64,000 bases of DNA from Longimicrobiales bacterium (GTDB taxonomy: Bacteria; Gemmatimonadota; Gemmatimonadetes; Longimicrobiales; Gaopeijiaceae): positions 224,001-288,000 of the forward strand of contig OZ220732.1 of NCBI GenBank assembly GCA_965116905.1, written 5' to 3'. The position numbers and the translations under genes were made by a program. Positions 9,076 to 22,238 of this stretch are shown piece after piece; within the stretch, counting starts at the first letter, position 1; each line of letters begins with the position of its first letter. Under the pieces are notes generated by a model. That model saw only the letters and a program-made list of their open reading frames with translations, did no database searches and was not told the origin of the DNA.

Positions 9076-11099
9076 GACGCATTGACACCCTCTCCCGCAG
9101 CCTTGTGGCTTTGATCCTCGCGGGGGGACTCGCCTGCCAGACCGACGCTCCGGCCGGGGGAGATGCGGGCGGTTCGGCAACACCCGCGGACGCTTCGGCG
9201 CCTGACGGAGCCATCTCCGCCGCCGAACTCGTCGACCTGACCGCGGCGGTGGGCGGCACCCATCCGCCCAGGTGGTCGCCGGACGGCTCGCGGATCACGT
9301 TCGTCTCCGGCGGCGACCTGGGCGCGGTCAGGACGGAAGACGGCGCCTTCGAGATCCTGACCGAGGACCTGTCGCTGAGCGGCGTCGGGTCGCTGGGGGC
9401 GCCGCAGCCCATCTGGTCGCCCGACGGCCGCTGGATCGGCTACACCTCGGACAAGAGCGGCGCGCCGGACATCTGGCTCTGGTCGGCCGTGGAGGGGGAC
9501 GGGATGCGGGCCGGCGCCGACGTGCAGCTGACCGGGCTGTCGGCGCGGGCCAACGGGCTGGCGTGGTCACCCGACGGCACCCGGATCGCGTTTTCCGGCG
9601 ACCGGTTCGGCAACATGGACATCTGGACCGTGTCCGTGCCGGACGGCAAGGTAAGCCGCCTGACCGACGACCCGCTCTACGAGGGCTATCCCAGCTGGAC
9701 GCCCGATGGAAGCCGGCTTCTCTACGTGCGCATGGACGATCGCTGGGTGGACCACGATGTCATCGAGGTGGACCCGGACGGGAAGAACCCGCGCACGGTC
9801 GTGCAGGACCGGGGGTTCTTCGATTACCGGGCCGGGCGGGCCTTCGCGTCGGCGCAGGTGTCGCCGGACGGGGAGACGGTGCTGTTTCGGTCGCAGAGCA
9901 GCGGATGGCTGAACTTCTGGGTGGTGCCGCGGGACGGCGGCGGCGAGCCCGGCGGCGCCGAGCCCCGCCAGATCGCCGCATCGAACTACGACCAGAGCGA
10001 CGCGCGCTGGTCCCCCGACGGCAACTGGATCAGCTACACCGAGAACCGCGACGGCGTGCACTCGCTGCGCCTCGTCTCGGCCGACGGCTCGAAGCACAGG
10101 GTGCTGGTGGACCCGGAGGTGGGCGCCGCGCTGCGGGCGGAGTGGTCACCGGACGGCAGCCGGATCAGCTACACGATGGAGACGCCCACGCGCCCCGCCG
10201 AGCTGTTCGTGCTCGACATCGAGTCCGGCGAGAGCACGCTCCTTCACAGCACCGTCGCGGCGGGCTCGGCCGAGAAGCTGCACATGCCCGAGAAGGTGAG
10301 CTATCCCAGCAGCGACGGCCTCACGATCGAGGCGTACCTGCACCGGCCGCCGGGCGCGGAGCCGGGTGAGCGGTTCCCGGGCGTGATGTGGATCCATGGC
10401 GGGCCCACGTCACAATTCGACGACCAGTTCCGCCGACACCAGCAGGTGCACTTCTTCGCGCAGCGTGGGTACGTCGTCCTCATGCCCAACATCCGCGGGA
10501 GCTCGGGATACGGCCTCGAGTTCGAGGACCTCAACAACGGCTGCTGGGGCCACTGCGACCTGGAAGACGTGCTCGCGGGCGTAGACTACCTGAAAACACT
10601 GCCCGACGTCGACCCCGACCGGATCGCGGTGACAGGGACCAGCTACGGCGGCATCATGACGATGGACGCGGTGGCGTTCGCGCCCGGCGTGTTCCAGGCC
10701 GCGATCGCGCTGTCGGGCTATGGCGACATGACCGACTTCCACACCAGGGTGCACGAGCTGCAGCACATCAAGCTCCTGGAGTACGAGCTCGGTCCCTACC
10801 CCGAGAACCGGGACGTCTACCTGAACAGCTCGGCCATCCTGAAGGCCCATGAGGTGACCACGCCCACTTTCGTGATTCAGGGCGAGGGGGTCGCGGCCGA
10901 CTGGCGGCTGCGCGAGGACCAACCGCAGGCAGCGCTCGACTTCGCGCGCAAGCTCGATCAGCACTACAAGATCGTGCGCTACAAGGCCTACCCGGGCGAG
11001 GGATACTACGTGTACGGGCGGGACAACACGATCCAGAAGCTCCACGACATGCTGGGCTTCTTCGAGGAGTTTCTGGTGACGGAAATCGGCGGTATGTAA
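9072..11099 (+). CDS. S9 family peptidase paralog, lipoprotein
   Basis: ATGA overlap with previous gene; lipobox GGLAC; WSPDG repeats; IHGGP; GTSYGG. Confidence 0.9.
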   Translation: MRRIDTLSRSLVALILAGGLACQTDAPAGGDAGGSATPADASAPDGAISAAELVDLTAAVGGTHPPRWSPDGSRITFVSGGDLGAVRTEDGAFEILTEDLSLSGVGSLGAPQPIWSPDGRWIGYTSDKSGAPDIWLWSAVEGDGMRAGADVQLTGLSARANGLAWSPDGTRIAFSGDRFGNMDIWTVSVPDGKVSRLTDDPLYEGYPSWTPDGSRLLYVRMDDRWVDHDVIEVDPDGKNPRTVVQDRGFFDYRAGRAFASAQVSPDGETVLFRSQSSGWLNFWVVPRDGGGEPGGAEPRQIAASNYDQSDARWSPDGNWISYTENRDGVHSLRLVSADGSKHRVLVDPEVGAALRAEWSPDGSRISYTMETPTRPAELFVLDIESGESTLLHSTVAAGSAEKLHMPEKVSYPSSDGLTIEAYLHRPPGAEPGERFPGVMWIHGGPTSQFDDQFRRHQQVHFFAQRGYVVLMPNIRGSSGYGLEFEDLNNGCWGHCDLEDVLAGVDYLKTLPDVDPDRIAVTGTSYGGIMTMDAVAFAPGVFQAAIALSGYGDMTDFHTRVHELQHIKLLEYELGPYPENRDVYLNSSAILKAHEVTTPTFVIQGEGVAADWRLREDQPQAALDFARKLDQHYKIVRYKAYPGEGYYVYGRDNTIQKLHDMLGFFEEFLVTEIGGM

Positions 11100-11208
11100 G
11101 GTTCAGTATACATAAGGGCGATATACGACTATTCAAATAGGCGATGTCGTCGTGGGGGAGCGTTGATGCGCGCAGCTCCAGCCGATCGTCACGATCTCTA
11201 CAGCCGAC

Positions 11209-11625
11209 TCAGTCCTCAACCAGGCGCTTGCCCATGCTCAGCACGTCGTCTTCCGCGTATCCGATCGAGCGGTAGAACCCAACGGCTGCGGTGTTCGATC
11301 TCCTGACTTGCACGCTGATCTTCGGACAGCCCATCTCGCGGAGCCGTTCTTCGGCCTGGTCCATCAGGAGCCGTCCGAAGCCCCGCTCTCTGCTGTCCGG
11401 GGCAACGGCCAGATAGTTGATCCAGCCGCGGTGGCCTTCGTACCCCGCCATCACGGTCGCGACCGGCCGGCCGTCAAGGAGTCCTACGAGAAACAGCTCC
11501 CGCTGGACCCGCAGCTTGCGTCCGATGTCCTTGATCGGATCGTTCCACGGCCTGCTCAGACCGCACTTGTGCCATAGCGCGACGACGGCGTCTTCGTCCG
11601 ACTCGCGGTAAGGGCGGATCTCCAG
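11209..11625 (-). CDS. GNAT acetyltransferase (YpeA-like)
   Basis: RPWNDPIKDIGRKL, ATVMAGYEGHRGWINYLAV, GFGRLLM, GCPKI; start probably CTG after GGAGG. Confidence 0.85.
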   Translation of the reverse strand: MEIRPYRESDEDAVVALWHKCGLSRPWNDPIKDIGRKLRVQRELFLVGLLDGRPVATVMAGYEGHRGWINYLAVAPDSRERGFGRLLMDQAEERLREMGCPKISVQVRRSNTAAVGFYRSIGYAEDDVLSMGKRLVED

Positions 11626-11626
11626 C

Positions 11627-12478
11627 TCAACCTCCCGGCGGAGACGTGATCGGGAACTCGACAATGGCGTCGACGATCCCGCGAGCCACGCGGTCGGGCT
11701 GCCCGATGATCAGTTCGCGGTCGGCAGCGCTGGTGAGGAAGCCGGTCTCGATGATCGCCGCGATGGTCATGGGATGCAGCGCGTGCTCGTAGCGCCGGAA
11801 GTTGAAGGCGTAGTAGTTGCGCATGCGCCGGGTCGTGTCCGGAAGCCGCCGGATGCCTGTGGCCGCGCCGTAGGTGCGCTTGAGCAGGTCGACGAAGCCT
11901 GGAGCCCGCCCGGTCGCATCGCGGCTCGGCGCCGCCACCCGGTAGCCTCTCACGTTCCGGTCGTTGCTCGCGTCCGCGTGGATGGCAAGGAAGAGGTGGG
12001 CGCGGTAGCCGGGCGGCACCACGGCCGGCAGGATGTCAACCACATAGCCCAACTCTTCCAGCATGGCGCCCGTGCGGCGGGCGATCACGAGATTGACCTC
12101 CCATTCGGCGGTGCCGTTCCAGTTGGCGCCGTTGCCGCGCAGCCGTGACAGCTCGCGCGGGGCTTCGTTCGCCCGCCAGTGACCCACCTGCAGGCCGATG
12201 CGTACGGGTCCGTCCGGCGGCTGCCACTCAGCGGGCGTGGGGATGGGGCCAGGGTACCGGTTGCGGTAGCGCCACCGCCTGCGCTGCTGCTGCGGCGGCT
12301 CCTGGGCTCGCTGGACAACAGGCGTGTCCTGTACGAAGGCGAGCGCCAGCACTTCATCGGCTGCGAGCTCGACTCCACCTGCGGGCTCGATCCTACCGGC
12401 GGGCCCGACTCCACCGGCAGACCCGCCCAATGCGATCAAACACCACGCCCCAACGGCTGCCGACACGATGATCTTCAC
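11627..12478 (-). CDS. N-acetylmuramoyl-L-alanine amidase (Amidase_3-like), secreted
   Basis: IGLQVGH, EWEVNL, FLAIHAD, IIETGFLT zinc and catalytic motifs; signal peptide. Confidence 0.8.
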   Translation of the reverse strand: MKIIVSAAVGAWCLIALGGSAGGVGPAGRIEPAGGVELAADEVLALAFVQDTPVVQRAQEPPQQQRRRWRYRNRYPGPIPTPAEWQPPDGPVRIGLQVGHWRANEAPRELSRLRGNGANWNGTAEWEVNLVIARRTGAMLEELGYVVDILPAVVPPGYRAHLFLAIHADASNDRNVRGYRVAAPSRDATGRAPGFVDLLKRTYGAATGIRRLPDTTRRMRNYYAFNFRRYEHALHPMTIAAIIETGFLTSAADRELIIGQPDRVARGIVDAIVEFPITSPPGG

Positions 12479-12633
12479 GAACAGACTCCTTCACGAGGGT
12501 GGCCCGGTGCGGGCGATAGCCTTGGCAACGGTCCCGGTACCCACGTCGTCCGGAGCGTGCGTTTCCCTGCCCGGTGCTCCTGAACTTCGCGAAGTGCCTC
12601 GAGCACCTCTGCTGCGATATTCCGTTCACTCAT
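12475..12633 (-). pseudogene. Truncated HigA/XRE-type antitoxin N-terminus (52 aa, HTH missing)
   Basis: MSERNIAAEVLEALREVQEHRAGKRTLRT resembles the N-terminus of HigA-2/YiaG-like antitoxins; diverges before any HTH. Confidence 0.55.
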
Positions 12634-13348
12634 TCTCAATCTCCCTGGCCACCCTGCGCCACTCAGCACGTTCACCCCCGTCCGCCGAGGCCGTAGTGAT
12701 CGTCGTGACGTGCAGGTTGAGTCCGTGATTGACCCGCAGGCCGAAGACGCCGTCCGTGGCAAGGCCTTCCCGCGGCCCGCTCCACACCTCCTCGCCGTTG
12801 ACCGAGAAGCTCAGTTCGTCGCCCGCGGCTTCGAGCACCAGCACGTTCTTCGCCGTGGCCGAGCCCTCCGGTTTCGTAGCGTAGGACACGATCGAGGGGT
12901 GGGCGGTCCAGTTGTGGACGACCGGGGTCTCGCCGCCGGCGCGACTCTTCACAAGGAATTCGCCGCCCTCACGCAGCAGGAAGTACGTGTAGCGCTGATC
13001 CGGGCCCTGGAGGTCCGAGCCGCCGATGAAGAAGCCGAACGCCTCCCGCCGTCCCTGTGGGTCGAAGAGGAAGGTCTCGGACTCGATGCGAAAGTCTCCC
13101 GTCGCAACCGAATCGGGGTGCCAGGCGATCATCGCGGGGCCGGTGGTGACGTGGTAGCCGGGAGTCATGGTGACGAGGTAGAGGTCGTCCATGCTGGCGC
13201 CCTCGCGGTCGAAGCGGACCTGCCAGCCTTCGGGGAAGGGCAGTCCTTCGTCGTCCTGGGCGGCGGCGGGGAGGGCCGTGAGCGCCGAGGCTGATGCGGC
13301 GATGGCGAGCGCGATCGACGTGGTGGGCAAGCAGGTCTTTCTGAACAT
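12626..13348 (-). CDS. Secreted hypothetical protein (beta-sandwich, DUF1080/lectin-like)
   Basis: Signal peptide ending AAA-Q; HVTTGPA, EAFGFFIGG, YTYFLLR, LSFSVNG, FGLRVNH. Confidence 0.7.
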   Translation of the reverse strand: MFRKTCLPTTSIALAIAASASALTALPAAAQDDEGLPFPEGWQVRFDREGASMDDLYLVTMTPGYHVTTGPAMIAWHPDSVATGDFRIESETFLFDPQGRREAFGFFIGGSDLQGPDQRYTYFLLREGGEFLVKSRAGGETPVVHNWTAHPSIVSYATKPEGSATAKNVLVLEAAGDELSFSVNGEEVWSGPREGLATDGVFGLRVNHGLNLHVTTITTASADGGERAEWRRVAREIENE

Positions 13349-13481
13349 GTGGTGTCCTGGTATCGAAGAGGTGTCGGCGGGGCTCGGAGTTCCGTGACGG
13401 CTCCTGGGGATCGATCCCCCGTCGGTCAGCCCAGTCTGGTGGGCTCGCCGGTCCGGGACAAGCCCTCCGGCCGAAAAACGG

Positions 13482-14686
13482 TCATCGCGGGGGGTTCAGG
13501 CGCCGCCCGACCACATGGGGCACGCCAAGCGGATCGTCACGGGTTCCCCAGACGTGCGTGGCCGTCGCGTCCGCGGCTTGCAGGCCTTCGGGCAGCAGAA
13601 CCCGGCGGGGCTCACCGGACGTGTCGCCCCGCGGAATCGTGTAGTACACCCGCAGCGTGTCCACCCTCTCGAAGGTCTTGAGCCACACGTCGTCCGAGGC
13701 GGCAAGAAGGAAGCTCTCTGCGGCCGGCAGGTACTCGGGTTTGTAGAGCGCTTCCTCGAATGCCTGCAGGTAGCTGAGTTGCTGTGCGGGTGACCAACCG
13801 GGTCTCTGAAACTCAGGGCCCTTTCGGATATCGACCACTTCCTGGATCCGATCCGGCGTGAGTGCCAGCGGATCGAATTGCAGGCGCCGCTCCCACAGCG
13901 TATCTCCGCGCGCGTCGAGTTCGAGGAGGTCGAGAGAGCCGGGCGGTCCGCCGGACCGCCGCATGATCAGGATTCTCCCATGCGCGAACGCGGTATAGTC
14001 ATAGTCTCCGAAGCGTTGGGCCGTGAAGCTGCGCATGTCATCCATTACGACGGTAAGCTGCGCGTTGCGTGTGTCCTGCCAGAAGATCTCTTCGGGTGGC
14101 AGCCACTGTCCCGCATCGGAGCGCCGGACGAGCAGGAGAGGTTGGCGCACCATCGGGGGGCCTCCCAGCAACCCCGCCATCCTGGACGCGGAGTACAATG
14201 GCCTGACCACGTATCCTCCGTCGGCTGTGGGTGTTTCGATGCCCACGCGCGTATTCCGATAGCGCAGCGCTGTCGTCGTGCCGATCTCCGTGCCCTTCAG
14301 CACCCCATCCGCAGTGTAGTGAGTGAACCGTGTGCCCCAACCCTCGCGCACCGAGAACCCGCCATCCTCGTTGAAGTAGACTCGCGACGGCTGGTTGAAC
14401 TCGCCGGGCCCCTCGCCCTTCCTCCCGACCACGAACTGCAGGGATCCGTCCGGATTCCAGACGCTGACCTGGGTCTCCATCGGGTCGACGACAAAGATTC
14501 TCTCTCGGCGGGGGTCGGCTCGGAGAAAGGCCCAGTTGAACAGCACGCCCTGTTCGACCGTGCCGGTGAATCGGTACTCCAGCTCGGTCCGCCACTCTTC
14601 GTGTTTTCGCGCGACAGAATCGTGCGCGCCGCCGCACCCAATGCACATGACCAGCAGCATGGCTGAAGCAACCGGGGGCACTCGCT

Positions 14687-14693
<7 letters not shown>
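13482..14693 (-). CDS. 6-bladed beta-propeller (NHL-like) lipoprotein
   Basis: Lipobox-like MCIGC; VGRKGEGPGEF; C-terminal HVWGTRDDPLGVPHVVGRRL. Confidence 0.75.
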
Positions 14694-17952
<3,259 letters not shown>

Positions 17953-17956
<4 letters not shown>

Positions 17957-20900
17957 TCGTCCTCCCAGTTGCGCACCCGCCGCAGCGGCGCCAGCTCCGG
18001 CAGATCCTTCAGATTGCGGGCCGTCCAGTCGGCGAAGCGGCACGACACCTGCCCCCAGTTGCCGCTCCGCACCCCGCACACCTCGCCGTAGTCACAGAAG
18101 CGGCAGTCGTTCTTCGCGTTGTCGGTCGCCGGGAAGTCCCCCGCGGCGACGCCTTCGAGCAGGGTCGCGACAAGGAGTCCGCCGGTTTCCAGCTCTTCCG
18201 TCTCGAACGGCCACACGCGGTTCTCGCCGCGACGCGTCGGGAAGTGGTATTCCATCCCGCTGACGGTTCTGTCCAGGACGGCGGCAGCCGCCAGGGTGTA
18301 GATCACGTGCTGCACGCGGCGGCCGCCGTCGTAGATCCCCGACTTCCCGCCGTAGCCGTGGTCGGTGCCGGTCTTGTAGTCGACCACGCGCAGCTCGGCC
18401 CCGTGGTCGTCGAGCCTGTCGATGTAGCCGCGCACCTGCACGGGTCGCCCGTCCGCGTCGATCGCCACGGGATCGTCGGTCATCCCGAAGGGCATCTCCA
18501 GGGCGATCCATGGCGGCGGTTCGCTGCGGATCATCTCGACAAAGGACCGGGCGTCGTCGCGCAGCGCCGCCATCTCCCACTCGTGGACGGCACGGCTTGG
18601 CGCGGGCACCTGCCACAGCTTCCGCGCCCCCTCGTCGTCGACAAGCGACAGGGCCAGCGCGACAAAACCCTCGTCTTTGGGGTCCAGTCCCCGTTCCCGC
18701 GCCAACTCCAGTGTGTGCTGGTAGACCGAGTGCAGGAGACTGCCCCGCTCAAGCGGGTTGAGCCAGCGGTGGGCATCGAACTCCGGGTCGTCGGGCGGAT
18801 AGGCGCGCAGGACATAACTGAACAGGAAGCGGCGCGGGCAGGCGCCCAGGCTTCCCAGGCCGCTCGCCGAGAACGTGTGCCCCGAGAGGTCCTGGTACGA
18901 GAGCGGGGGAGACGGCGTGCCCAGAAACCCCGTGTGCACCGAGGCCAGATCGCTCCGCAACCCCTCAGCTGCCGCCATCCCCAGGCCCAGTCGGGGATAG
19001 GCATGCCCGACCGCCTCGAGGCCGTCGAGCAGCCTGCCGTCGGCCGAAGCGAGGGTGCGAAGCCAGACATCTCCCGCGTCCACGTCGGTGGCAAGTTCGG
19101 CTCGCGGAAGGCGGGACTCGCTGGCGCCCAGGTGAGCCTCGAGGTCCTCGAAGCTGAGGGTCCGGTCACCCTCGCGCAGGCGCAGCGCCTGGAGCAGTTC
19201 CGGCGCCGGTGCCAGTTCGCGCGCCTCGGCCGGATCCCAGCGCGAGTAGCTGAGGGTCAGCGTCCCCCGGAGACGCGCGATCAGCTGGGCGAAGTTGAAG
19301 CGGGCCTCCGTTGTCCGGTCGCGCGCGAGGGGAAGCTCGCCGCGGCCGAGGTGCCACCGCTCCCTGTCCAGCAGCAGCGGGTCCTCCATCGTGGACCCGG
19401 GGAAGCGCCCCGAGTCCATTCCCACGACAAAGGTGTAGGGCCGACCCGTGGCTCCGCCGTGGGCGAAGTCGGTCAGGTAGAGGTGGCCGGCAGCCGAGCT
19501 CCAGGGCGCCATCCCCTCGGCTCTCGGCGCGGGAATGCGGATCTGGAGGAAGGACTTGACGATGGCCGCGGCCGACGCGTAGTCGGTCGGCCGGGTCAGC
19601 GTCGCCTCGATCCGGTCGAGCTGGCGGAGCAGCCGGTCCCGGGCGGTGTCGTCGGTGTCGGTGCCCGGGGCGACGCGCGCGAGGATGCTCTTGACGCCGG
19701 TAGCGACCCGGGCGGGGGACACGGTGCCGTCGACTGGCGGGGTGGCCTCCAGCAGAGGCCGAATGAGCGCTTGCAGGGCGAGCAGGTTTTCGCGCCTTCG
19801 CTGCTTGAGCCGCTCGAAGCTCTCCTCGTTCTGCAAGGGGCGCCGCCTCAGGCCGTCCAGACCCTCGATGGCCCGCTCGACCCGGGCGATATGGCGCTCC
19901 TTGCCCCACCCGATCCGCAGCCGTCTCAGTTCGCGGGCCAGGCCGGGACCCCGCAGCCGGTCGGCCGGCGGTGGCGGCTGCACGTCCCCGGCCTCGATCA
20001 GGGCCCGCAGGCGCGATTCATGGAAGTCGTTCTCGATCCACTGGAAGTAGGTCGTGACCACGCGGCCGGGGCGTGTGCGTTCTACGGGCAGGCCCACCGC
20101 GAAGGTGACGGGTATGTCCAGGGCCTCCGCCAGCGCATGCAGCGCCGACCCGTAGAGGGAAGGATCCGCGGCGATCACCTCGACCTCGTCCCAGCGTGCC
20201 CCCAGGTCGATCGCGCGGCGCAGGACTCCACGCACTTCGTCGCAGACCGAGCCCGCGGCGAAGAGTTCGATGCGCGGCCGCGGCCCTTCGAAGCGCTCGA
20301 CGGCGTGCAGATAGCTTCCGGCCGCGGTGGGTGGCGCTACGTCCCAGAGGATGCCCTTCGGCACCCGCATGCCCTCGACCGGGTCCGTCCTGAGGAGGGA
20401 CGCGCCCCGGACCTGCAGCGCGCGCGCGAAACGTCCCGCCAGCCCGCGGTCGGGGAGGCCCGGCAACAGGAACGTCGGATCGCTCAGGGGCGGGGCGGCG
20501 GTCTCGTCTTCGAGAATCCGTGTGGCGGTACTCAGCACCATCGCATTGTCCGCGAGGTTGCTGGCTTCCAGGAGTTCCTCGTACCGGCAGAGCACGGCAG
20601 TGATCAGCGCCTGCCGATCCGTCGCCCCCGCGGGGCGCTCGATCGCGCGGGAATCGATGCCCCCCAGGCGCAGGGCCGCCACCGAGTGACGGACCGCGTC
20701 GCGGAAGCCAACCTTTTCGCGGAGCGTCGGAAAACGGAAGCCGCGCCCCGCTTCGAGCGCTTCGTCGATCGCACGCTCCACAAGCGCGTGCTCGTCGAAG
20801 GAGTCGATCACCGTGCGGCCAGCCCCCGACAGGTCACGCGCAACGATTTTTGATGCGAGGGGTCGTAACGTGTTGACTTCAAAGCCAATCCATGACTGAC

Positions 20901-21096
20901 CGCGCAACGCGACCTGCCGCAGCAGCTCCTTCCCCTCGCCTCGCGTGCGTGCGATCAGGATCTTGCGGTCCCGCCCGCCGCGCCGGGCGATGCGCTCCAG
21001 CTCCTGCACAAGGCCGCAGGCGGTGGCGTCGCCGCCGGAGGGGGGTGGGGTGGGGTGGCCGCGGCCTCTCTCGAAGTCGAGGTAGAGCTGGCTCAC
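17953..21096 (-). CDS. addB: AddB-like PD-(D/E)XK nuclease subunit with Fe-S staple
   Basis: FSASGL...CPRRF, RGYIDRLD...VDYKTG, Q..IY, CRFCDYGEVC; GTGA overlap with addA. Confidence 0.82.
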
Positions 21097-22232
21097 GCCG
21101 GGCCACTCGCGGCGCCGGCTTCCGGGTGGGCGTGCTCGCCGAACAGCCGCCCCAGCCGGCGCGCCTTACGCCGCCGCCAGATGCCCCGGTGGTAGGCGTC
21201 GCTGGCCAGCAGGGAGAGCGTGATGGTGGCCTCTCCGTACACCATGCGTTCCCGCGCGGTTTCGACCTTGCCCCAGGTGGTCGCCTCGCGCAGGGTGGAG
21301 CCCGAGAGGCCCCCGTCGCGTACATCCGCCACCGTGAGCTGAACGGCGTATTTATGCATGGGGATCTCTGCCGTGCGGGGATCGCCGCCCTCCTCCCCAC
21401 CCCCCTCCATCAGCATCCGCGCGGCCACCACCGCATCCTGCGCGAAGTTCTTCGGCACGCCCCCACCCACCATCAGCAGGCCCGTCTCGGCCGCGGCCAG
21501 CTTGATCCTCGCCAGCTCGTGGAAGTCCTTTGCGGAATCGAAGGCGACATGGGGCAACCCCCGGCCGGCCGCCCTCACGCGGTGCGCGACCGCCCCGAAC
21601 CCCGCCGAGGAATCGCTCAGCGCCGGCACGAAGATCGGCACCTCCCTGCGGTACGCGGATAGCACGATCGAGCGGGCGTCGCCATGGTTGCGCGCCAGGT
21701 ACGCGCCCATCTCCCGCACGACCTCGCGGCTGGAGTGCGCGCGCGGCGCCATCCCGTCCAGGACCCCGGCCACGGTCTCGTCGCAGACCTGCAGCTCGGC
21801 CTCGTCGATGTACGTGTCGTAGATCCGGTCGATGCCGAGTTCCCTGAGCTCCTCGTCGCTCGCCGCCGGCGCCTCGACCGTCCCCGGAGCCATGTAGTGC
21901 CGGAACCCGAGCGCCTCGAAGAAGTCCTGGTCGACCACGATCGCGCCGGTCGCCACGACCACGTCGACCATGTCGCGCTCCACCAGCGCCAGCAGCGCCT
22001 CCTTGAGCCCGGCGGAGACGAGCGAGCCAGCCAGGGTCAGGATGACCACGCCGCGGTGCTCCTCCAGCATCTCGGCGAAGATGTCGGCCCCCTCGGCAAG
22101 GTTGCGGGCCTGGAAGGCGGCGCTCCGGTAGGTGTCGACCACCACGCGGCCGTCGAACGCGGTGATGTCGATGTGCTCGACCGGCCTGGCGAGCAGCCGG
22201 CTCTTCGCTACGGACCGGGAGCCCGTATCCAC
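21093..22232 (-). CDS. Deoxyhypusine synthase-like protein (SpeY / homospermidine pathway type)
   Basis: PVEHIDIT, LTLAGSLVSAG, IDRIYDTYIDE, GGGVPKNFAQD, DGGLSGSTLREATTWGKV (active-site Lys kept). Confidence 0.88.
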   Translation of the reverse strand: MDTGSRSVAKSRLLARPVEHIDITAFDGRVVVDTYRSAAFQARNLAEGADIFAEMLEEHRGVVILTLAGSLVSAGLKEALLALVERDMVDVVVATGAIVVDQDFFEALGFRHYMAPGTVEAPAASDEELRELGIDRIYDTYIDEAELQVCDETVAGVLDGMAPRAHSSREVVREMGAYLARNHGDARSIVLSAYRREVPIFVPALSDSSAGFGAVAHRVRAAGRGLPHVAFDSAKDFHELARIKLAAAETGLLMVGGGVPKNFAQDAVVAARMLMEGGGEEGGDPRTAEIPMHKYAVQLTVADVRDGGLSGSTLREATTWGKVETARERMVYGEATITLSLLASDAYHRGIWRRRKARRLGRLFGEHAHPEAGAASGPA

Positions 22233-22238
22233 GGACTC

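Noticed and set aside
11096..11123. dif-like site (central TATACA)
   Set aside because: The flanking arms do not match the XerC/XerD consensus (no TTATGTTAAAT-like arm).
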